A stretch of DNA of 42,855 nucleotides, taken from positions 1 to 42,855 of the forward strand of contig CAZDTP010000034.1 of the NCBI GenBank assembly GCA_964508365.1, read 5' to 3'. Positions 1 to 6,907 of this stretch are shown here, in pieces. The translations under genes were made by a program, and so were the position numbers. Numbering within the stretch: the stretch's first letter is position 1; each line of letters starts with the position of its first letter. The DNA comes from an uncultured archaeon. Its GTDB lineage: Archaea > Asgardarchaeota > Lokiarchaeia > Sigyniarchaeales > SOKP01. The notes under the pieces are model-generated. The model saw nothing but the letters and a program-made list of their open reading frames with translations, made no database searches and was not told where the DNA came from.

Positions 1-3000
1 AATGGGGCAGGTAAATCCAATATTATTGACGCTTTAACATTTGCTTTAGGTAGGTTAAGCAAAAAAACTATGAGAGCTAAGAGTCTTGAAGATTTGATTT
101 TTGCGGGATCCCGAGGTAAAAACCCTTCAAATAGAGCTTCGGTCACATTATATTTCGATAATTCAGAACAGATTTTTCCCGGTGGAACAGAAACATTTGA
201 GATTACTCGAACAATTCAACGAGGTGGGGGCGGAGGGTATAAGATGAACGGTAAAAATGCCACTAGAACTCAGATTCTTAATGCTCTTGCAGCTGCAAAT
301 GTAGATCCTGATGGAAGTAATCAATTCGTTCTGCAAGGGAAAATAGTAGAATTAACTCACATGAACCCAGAAACACGTAGAATATTTATTGAAGAACTTA
401 TTGGACTACAGAAATACGATGAGATGAAGGATGGAACTATGAAGGAACTAGAAAAGGCTGAAAGAGATCTAGGCCAATTTGAAGCAATTTTCAAAGAAGT
501 ATCATCTCAACTAAAAAAAGTTGAAAAAGAAAAGAATGACGCTTTAGCATGGAAAGAGTTAGATGAACAAATCAACTTATACAACGCTCAATTGATAGCA
601 TTAAAGATAGAGAAATTAAGGAAGGAAGAAAAAGATCTAGAAAAAAGTATTGAAGAATCTAATACAATCTTAGAAGAATTAAAAGAGAAATTAACAAGGC
701 AGGATGAAATTTTAAAACAAGAATCATTAGTTATGGAAAATATACAAAAAACAATAACTGAAAAAGAAAAAGAAAGGGAATTAATCACTGAAAAAATAAC
801 TCAATTTAAAACGCAACAATCTTCAAATCAAACATCTTTAGCCCTAGCAAATAAATCTATTGAAAAAATTTCTCAAGAAATTAATACTTTGGAAAAATTG
901 CAGATGATTCTTGATGAAGGTCAGACATTTGATACTTTAATTGAATCAGAAATAAAGGTTGTAGCAGATACAGAGAGTCTAATTGAAGCAGCAAAAGCAG
1001 AAATTGAGAGTAAACAACAAAAACAAGCAGATATTGATGCAAAAATTAAAGATCAAAACGATGTAAAAACAACATTTAATGGAGAAATCTCAATTATAAA
1101 GCAAAATATTTCATCGAATAAAGCTCAAATTAAAATTCTGAAAGAAAATATTAAAAAAAACGAAGAAAAAAAACAAAAATTAGAATTAGAACTTAACAAA
1201 TTAAAAGGAGAATCAGAAAGCATTGAAGAGGCGATAGCCAATACAAAAAATGAAGCTGAAGTAATAAGAAAAGAAATTGATGACTTAAATATAAAAATAT
1301 CAAAAGAGAACGAAAATCAACAGGATTTAGAAAAAGTTATTGTAAAACTTCAGGAAGATAAGAATAAACTTAGTTCAAAATCAGCAGATTTCAAATCTAT
1401 GTTATCATCACTAAATACAGAGATTAAGATGAACACCGATAGGATAGAAAAGTTGATCTCTGATAAAATTAAAACTGAAGAAAAAATAAAAGAATTAAGT
1501 AAAGGGAAAGACATAGAAGAAGCTTTAAAAGAGTTATTAAAGGAAAAACAAGCCCTAACTAATGAATTAAACATTTACCGAAAACAATTAAAAGATGAAG
1601 ATTCTATTTACAGAAAAAATGAACAAGAATTAGAATTATTGTTAATGAAACAGGATTCTATTGAATCAGAAATTAATGATAACAGAAATAAAATTGATAA
1701 TATTAATACTAAGTTAAATCTATTAAAAAAAGAATTAACCAATCTTGAGAGAGAAAAACAAGATTTAGAACTAAAATCGTCAACTCTAAACGCAAATTTA
1801 ACTAAAACTAGCTCTGAATCAGAAGGGCTTAATGAAAAAAAAGATAACATTCAAAGACGATTAGGAGAGCTAACTACTGAGAAAAATAAATTGTCAGTTA
1901 AAATAGAAAATACTGAAAAAGATTACGAAAGAAATACAGAAGATATAACGGGAATCTTGCAAATATTAAACATGCTCACTCAGAACATCAATATCTCCGT
2001 CGAATCTATCAAGAGCAATATACAACAGTCTAATGCTGAGGCAATAGAGACATCAGCAGTCAACTTTAAACAATTTGTACTTGATATTATCGATATTATG
2101 AAAACGGTTGAAGACGTAAGCTCTGAAGCAGAAGCAGAAGCAGAACAGAAACCAGAAGTTGCTGAAATGTCTGAAACTCTTAAGTCTATACTTCAGACAT
2201 TAACTCTTTTTACTGAGAATGTTGACACAACGATAGATCAGTTAATTGATTCAGTAAAGGAAACTGCTGATGTAGAGATTCAACAATCTACATCAACTTT
2301 TGATAGTTTCGTTCAAGATTTAATGGAAATTCTTGAGAATGTATACTTATCATTGCGAAAACTCACTATGTCAAAATCGCAAGAGCTGTATAAACAGCTT
2401 GAAGAGATTACTGAAAATATCACATCTCAAAATATGGATCTAAACAAAATTGAGAAAGACTTAACTAGGATAAATACTCAAGAAAAGCATGATTCAGACG
2501 ACTTATCAGCAATTAATAAGAGATTAGAAGAAGTTAATAAGAGAATCAGCGAATTACATGAAAAAATAGAGAAATCTGAAGATGAGGTTAAGCAGAGGAA
2601 TATTATAATAGAAGAAAAACAAAAAGAGAATTTCAACGAAGAAATAAAAAATGTAAAACAACTCAAAGAGGCCTATTGGGAAAAAGTTTCTACTATCAAG
2701 GAAGATATCGAATTAAAGCAACAAGGGTTAGACCATCTGCAAAAACAACTTCAAGAATTGCAGGGAATACAAAATTTTTATGAAAAAATCATTGATATTG
2801 AGAATAATATCCAAGAACTAAATTCAAATATAGAAAATAAGAAAAATACTATAATTAACACTGAAGAAAACATTAAAAATCTCAATTTAGAACAAGATGC
2901 TTTAACTTTAAAAATCGAATCTCATATTTTAGAAAAAAATAAGTTTTGGGAGAATACAGAAAAGCTAAGAATTCATATTGGTGACCAGAATAAAAAATTA

Positions 3001-4368
3001 GAGAGTACAATGGACAAATTAAGAGCACTTGAAAATGTTATGATGATTATCAATTCGATTGAAGAATTAGCTAAGGAAAACTTGGAAGCTAACGCCAGTA
3101 TTACAACCAGTACTCAAGACATAGAGGGTTTTAATACCCAAGTAGAAGAGGTACAAAAGAAAGTCAATGATATCCAATTAGTCATAGATGCTTTAAGAGA
3201 AGATAAAAACAAAGAGTTGGAAGCACAAAAGAAAACTCAAAAAGAATTAAATAAATTCAATAAAGATCTTCAAAACATACAGGCAAAATTAAACGAATTA
3301 AATAAAAATAAAGAACGAGAACAGAAAATAATATCTCTTAACCAAGACATCAAAGAAACTGAGAAACAAATAGAATTAATAGTAAAAGATATTGAAAACA
3401 TTGAAATTGAGTTAAAACAAGAAGAAGATAAAAAGAACATAAAACAGGAAGAAATCAATAAAGAGATTCAAGGAAAAGATATATCCTGGCAAAAACAAAA
3501 AAATTATCAGAAAGTAATAAACGACCTACGTTCTGATCATTCGATGGAAAATTCAAAACTAAACAATTTTGAATCAAAAAAGATTATTACTACAGATCAG
3601 ATAGAAACCCTTTACCAGAGATCGAAGGATTATGGCGCTTTGCCAGCAGTGACCGAAGAGCTCTCAGAATCTGGATTACAATCAGATATTTCTACAGCTA
3701 CTAACAAGAAAAAAGCTTTGGAACCAGTTAACTTAAAAGCTATTACGCAATTTGATACTGTAAAAGAGAGGTTTGACGAAATAGATATGAGAAGGCAAAC
3801 AATACAACGTGAAAGAAAAGCAATTCTCGACGCTATTGAAAAAATCGAATTAGAAAAAACTAGAACATTTATGAAGGCTTACCACGAAATTAATCGTGAG
3901 TTTGCTCGCATATTTCAGAAGCTTTCACCGGGGGGATCTGCTAAAATGATTCTTGATAGACCAGATAAACCTTTTGAAGGAGGATGTAGTATAGAAGCTA
4001 GACCTCGTGGGAAGCGTATTTCCAGTTTAGAAATATTGAGTGGAGGAGAAAAAACACTCGTCGCTTTGTCATTTATTTTTGCGGTTCAAGAATTTTATCC
4101 TGCGCCATTTTATATTATGGACGAAATAGATGCCGCATTAGATGGCCCAAATGTTCATAGGGTAAGTATGGTAATTAAAGAATTTTCCAGTCAAGCGCAA
4201 TTTATGGTAATAAGTCACAGAGAAGAAAATATTGTTAACGGTGACCGAATATATGGAGTATCTATGCAACAGAGTGGAATAACCGACATCTTTAGTGTCG
4301 ATTTAGAAGAAGAAGCGAAAAGGTTACTCGAACTTCCGGATGTGCCCCCTAATATTGAAGAAAATTAA
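1..4368 (+). CDS. smc: SMC-family ATPase (5'-truncated), atypical: no canonical hinge domain
   Basis: Frame 1 is open from base 1 (NGAGKSNIIDAL = Walker A), so the gene starts upstream of the window and the ORF-track start at 70 is internal. C-terminal head has LSGGE signature and YIMDEIDAALD Walker B/D-loop; long coiled coils between; followed by scpA and scpB. Confidence 0.95.
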   Translation, partial: NGAGKSNIIDALTFALGRLSKKTMRAKSLEDLIFAGSRGKNPSNRASVTLYFDNSEQIFPGGTETFEITRTIQRGGGGGYKMNGKNATRTQILNALAAANVDPDGSNQFVLQGKIVELTHMNPETRRIFIEELIGLQKYDEMKDGTMKELEKAERDLGQFEAIFKEVSSQLKKVEKEKNDALAWKELDEQINLYNAQLIALKIEKLRKEEKDLEKSIEESNTILEELKEKLTRQDEILKQESLVMENIQKTITEKEKERELITEKITQFKTQQSSNQTSLALANKSIEKISQEINTLEKLQMILDEGQTFDTLIESEIKVVADTESLIEAAKAEIESKQQKQADIDAKIKDQNDVKTTFNGEISIIKQNISSNKAQIKILKENIKKNEEKKQKLELELNKLKGESESIEEAIANTKNEAEVIRKEIDDLNIKISKENENQQDLEKVIVKLQEDKNKLSSKSADFKSMLSSLNTEIKMNTDRIEKLISDKIKTEEKIKELSKGKDIEEALKELLKEKQALTNELNIYRKQLKDEDSIYRKNEQELELLLMKQDSIESEINDNRNKIDNINTKLNLLKKELTNLEREKQDLELKSSTLNANLTKTSSESEGLNEKKDNIQRRLGELTTEKNKLSVKIENTEKDYERNTEDITGILQILNMLTQNINISVESIKSNIQQSNAEAIETSAVNFKQFVLDIIDIMKTVEDVSSEAEAEAEQKPEVAEMSETLKSILQTLTLFTENVDTTIDQLIDSVKETADVEIQQSTSTFDSFVQDLMEILENVYLSLRKLTMSKSQELYKQLEEITENITSQNMDLNKIEKDLTRINTQEKHDSDDLSAINKRLEEVNKRISELHEKIEKSEDEVKQRNIIIEEKQKENFNEEIKNVKQLKEAYWEKVSTIKEDIELKQQGLDHLQKQLQELQGIQNFYEKIIDIENNIQELNSNIENKKNTIINTEENIKNLNLEQDALTLKIESHILEKNKFWENTEKLRIHIGDQNKKLESTMDKLRALENVMMIINSIEELAKENLEANASITTSTQDIEGFNTQVEEVQKKVNDIQLVIDALREDKNKELEAQKKTQKELNKFNKDLQNIQAKLNELNKNKEREQKIISLNQDIKETEKQIELIVKDIENIEIELKQEEDKKNIKQEEINKEIQGKDISWQKQKNYQKVINDLRSDHSMENSKLNNFESKKIITTDQIETLYQRSKDYGALPAVTEELSESGLQSDISTATNKKKALEPVNLKAITQFDTVKERFDEIDMRRQTIQRERKAILDAIEKIELEKTRTFMKAYHEINREFARIFQKLSPGGSAKMILDRPDKPFEGGCSIEARPRGKRISSLEILSGGEKTLVALSFIFAVQEFYPAPFYIMDEIDAALDGPNVHRVSMVIKEFSSQAQFMVISHREENIVNGDRIYGVSMQQSGITDIFSVDLEEEAKRLLELPDVPPNIEEN

Positions 4369-4391
4369 AAATTATAAGCTTAAGGTGCCTA

Positions 4392-5402
4392 ATCGTTCCA
4401 GAAAATGAGAGTGAGGAGAAAAAATTTAACTTCAGCGAATGGAGTGTAAAACAATTACGAGATTTTGCAGGTAAGAATAATATAAAAATTCCCCCTAAAT
4501 CTAAAAAGAGTGATATTATAAAGCTTCTAGAAGAAATTTCTTTTCATCCGGAATTTGTAGATAGAACTCAAGAAGATGAGGATGTGGAAGAGGAATTAGA
4601 AGAGGAATTGATTGCTGGTGTAGAAGAAGATCCCGCATTACTTCACAAAGAAAAATTGGATTTAAAATTTTGGCAAAAACCCCCCTATTCTAGCTTATTG
4701 GATCCAGAAGTAGCAAAAGAGTCCAATGTTGCATTTTATGACCTATCTTCATTAGTAGATAAATTCTTTAATAATATGCTTCACGAAGATTTAATAAATT
4801 ATAAGATAGCAGGAATAGCGCTTAAAACTTCAGCAGTATTACATCATTACAAAATTTCTAGTATAATACGAGAAGAGGAACAGATTCAGAAAAAGGAAGA
4901 ATTAGCACAATTTAGAGAAAAGCATGGTAGATCAATACCCAAATCTTTACCACAACCTATTCAACCTAAAATGTTAATCTCCACAAAAGACGAATTATTT
5001 GACGCGATGAGATCTGCAATTATAGAGACTATGCAAAATAAAGAAAAGCTAAAGAGGCGAAGAATGAGACGGGAGGAATTAAAAGATCAAAAAATTCAAA
5101 TGAAATCTAAAGCGCAACTACCAAAAGAACTTTTAAAACACATTAGCGGGAAGGATCAAACAGTAGAAGAGTTGCATGAATCTTGGTTTAATAGAATAAA
5201 AACTAAAATAAAGCTCGATGGTAAAGAAACGACTTTTTTTGAAATGGCAGAAATTATTAATTCCAAAGAAGATAGCGATATTGGCAAGAAGTTTGCTTTT
5301 GTGCGTATGTTTTTAGCTTTAATGTTCCTCTCGACTGGTAATAAGTTAGAACTATTTCAAGACGAAGATTTTAAGAATTTCTCAATAAATTTAAAAAAAT
5401 AA
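4392..5402 (+). CDS. scpA: ScpA-like kleisin with probable N-terminal HeH/SAP-like extension; start uncertain (ORF track GTG 4584, but frame is open upstream and AAGGTG RBS lies at 4382-4387)
   Basis: Kleisin-like N domain (DLSSLVDKFF...IAGIALKTSAVLHHYK) and C-terminal winged helix (FVRMFLALMFLSTGNKLELFQDEDF); located between smc and scpB. The upstream in-frame sequence translates as protein-like VPENESEEKKFNFSEWSVKQLRDFAGKNNIKIPPKSKKSDIIKLLEEI. Confidence 0.8.
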   Translation: MVPENESEEKKFNFSEWSVKQLRDFAGKNNIKIPPKSKKSDIIKLLEEISFHPEFVDRTQEDEDVEEELEEELIAGVEEDPALLHKEKLDLKFWQKPPYSSLLDPEVAKESNVAFYDLSSLVDKFFNNMLHEDLINYKIAGIALKTSAVLHHYKISSIIREEEQIQKKEELAQFREKHGRSIPKSLPQPIQPKMLISTKDELFDAMRSAIIETMQNKEKLKRRRMRREELKDQKIQMKSKAQLPKELLKHISGKDQTVEELHESWFNRIKTKIKLDGKETTFFEMAEIINSKEDSDIGKKFAFVRMFLALMFLSTGNKLELFQDEDFKNFSINLKK

Positions 5403-5431
5403 TCAATTTTATATAATTTTGGTGATTTAAT

Positions 5432-6304
5432 TTGAACGAAAAGAATGATAAAGAACCTGAAAATCATTTTGATGCTGAAACGAATGAGGACGCATCTTTA
5501 AATGAGACTTATGGTGAAGACATTCCTCAAGAAGAAAAGAGTTCAGAAGATATTGAGATTGATTTAGAGATCACAGAAACCATAGAAGAATATCTTAAAG
5601 AAGATTTTGAAGAAGAAGAGATCAAAGAAGAGATTAAAGAAGAATTTAGTATCGAGGAAGAAGAATCATTGAGTATCGAGCCATCAGAAGAACGGTTAAG
5701 TGAACAAGATACCGAATTTGTTGGAGATGATAAGGATGAATCCCAAATACCTCAAGAACTCACGAAAGAAGAATTAGAATTACAATTAAAAATTCTACGG
5801 AGAAATTTAATAGAGGGTGCGCTCTACGCCGCTGGTAGGCCTTTGGATGTAGAAGAATTATCAACTAAATTAGAAATCCCAAAAAAAGAAGTAGAAGAAC
5901 TTGTAAGAGTTGTTGCTTTTGATTATTTAGAACATGAAGGTGCATTGATTGTAGCTCAAATTGGAGAAAAGTATCAAATGCAGCTAAGACCTGAACTTAC
6001 CGAGACAGTTTCCAAATTCGCTAAAGGTGGTGCTATTGCTGAGCGCTACTTAAGAACACTTACAGTAATTGCGTTAAAACAGCCAATTTTAAAGTCAACC
6101 GTTATTAAATTAAGAGGAAGCGGTGCCTATGAGCATATTAAATATTTATTAGAAAATGATTTAATCACAGCTGTAAAAAAAGGGAGGTCAGCTGAATTAA
6201 GCACATCTGATAAGTACGCGGAAATGTTTGGATTACCTAAAAATAAGGAAGAACTGAAAAGAATGATGATCTCACAATTAGGACTTGGAGAAAACACTAA
6301 TTAA
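5432..6304 (+). CDS. scpB: ScpB (kite) with long acidic N-terminal extension
   Basis: IEGALYAAGRPL, YQMQLRPE, TLTVIALKQPILKS, LRGSGAYEHIKYL and KYAEMFGL are ScpB tandem winged-helix motifs; GGTGA RBS at 5421 then TTG. Confidence 0.93.
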   Translation: MNEKNDKEPENHFDAETNEDASLNETYGEDIPQEEKSSEDIEIDLEITETIEEYLKEDFEEEEIKEEIKEEFSIEEEESLSIEPSEERLSEQDTEFVGDDKDESQIPQELTKEELELQLKILRRNLIEGALYAAGRPLDVEELSTKLEIPKKEVEELVRVVAFDYLEHEGALIVAQIGEKYQMQLRPELTETVSKFAKGGAIAERYLRTLTVIALKQPILKSTVIKLRGSGAYEHIKYLLENDLITAVKKGRSAELSTSDKYAEMFGLPKNKEELKRMMISQLGLGENTN

Positions 6305-6379
6305 CTCCTAAATTATGAATGTTCACATTTCAATCGAGGTTAAAATCTCCCAAAATACAAATTAAGAAAATTCAATGCT

Positions 6380-6704
6380 TTATTTAAAGAAAAAAACAGT
6401 TAAATTCAAATCCTCGGAATACTCTTGAAGTTCTGGGGTTGTTTTTATATCTTTTTCTTTTTTTCTATCAATAATTTCAAACTTTTTAATTCTTATAGTG
6501 TTCGATATGTCAGTTTTAATCTTTTCAATATCATCAATTAGATTTTGACTTGTGGAGATTACGACCTTATTAATCTCTTGATTTAACGGTATTTGAAGTT
6601 TTGATTTAAAATTTCTAAGAATTTTGATAACGCCAAAAATTATTCCACTTCTCTTGTATTTCCTTGAACTTAAATCGTTTAGGATATTCGTTCTCTTGAG
6701 ACAT
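6380..6704 (-). pseudogene. valS: valyl-tRNA synthetase remnant: N-terminal ~24 codons joined out of frame to C-terminal ~85 codons
   Basis: ATG at 6704 reads MSQENEYPKRFKFKEIQEKWNNFW (class Ia aaRS N-terminal E.KW..FW pattern) then stops. The overlapping frame reads VIKILRNFKSKLQIPLNQEINKVVI...DISNTIRIKKFEII, like the archaeal ValRS C-terminal domain. No HIGH/KMSKS core present. Confidence 0.65.
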
Positions 6705-6740
6705 TTAGACACAACATTAAAAAGATAATTAAAATAATAG

Positions 6741-6812
6741 TGGACCTGACGGGAATTGAACCCGTGACCTCTTACATGCGAAGCAAGCGATCTGCGACTG
6801 ATCTACAGGCCC
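6741..6812 (-). tRNA. tRNA-Ala(CGC)
   Basis: Reverse complement GGGCCTG-TA-GATC-AGTCGCA-GATC-G-CTTGC-TTCGCAT-GTAAG-AGGTC-ACGGG-TTCAATT-CCCGT-CAGGTCC-A folds into a cloverleaf; anticodon CGC; G3:U70 alanine identity pair; no encoded CCA, no intron. Confidence 0.93.
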
Positions 6813-6815
6813 ATA

Positions 6816-6852
6816 TTTATCATTATTAATACAATAAAAAAATAATGATAAA
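6816..6852. promoter_or_regulatory. 12-bp inverted repeat immediately upstream of tRNA-Ala
   Basis: TTTATCATTATT (6816-6827) and AATAATGATAAA (6841-6852) are reverse complements; AT-rich, so function uncertain. Confidence 0.3.
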
Positions 6853-6862
6853 CTAAAAATTT

Positions 6863-6897
6863 TTGTGATTTTGGATTGAGAAATATAGAAATCACAA
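6863..6897 (-). terminator. 9-bp inverted repeat just downstream of the glycyl radical enzyme gene
   Basis: TTGTGATTT (6863-6871) / AAATCACAA (6889-6897); possible terminator or operator. Confidence 0.25.
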
Positions 6898-6907
6898 TTA
6901 TATGTAA

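Noticed and set aside
588-3458. Short minus-strand ORFs inside smc (588-788, 1350-1574, 1608-1850, 2478-2666, 3270-3458)
   Set aside because: F/S/L/I-rich antisense shadows of a K/E-rich coiled-coil gene; no motifs.
1-6304. Rad50/SbcC or Wadjet (JetABCD/MksBEFG) interpretation of the SMC locus
   Set aside because: No CxxC zinc hook and no Mre11/SbcD; partners are ScpA/ScpB-like in smc-scpA-scpB order; no adjacent JetD nuclease (the top6A is paired with top6B 20 kb away).
6741-6760. tRNA-Ala as an integration (att) site
   Set aside because: No second copy of the tRNA 3' end and no integrase seen in the window.
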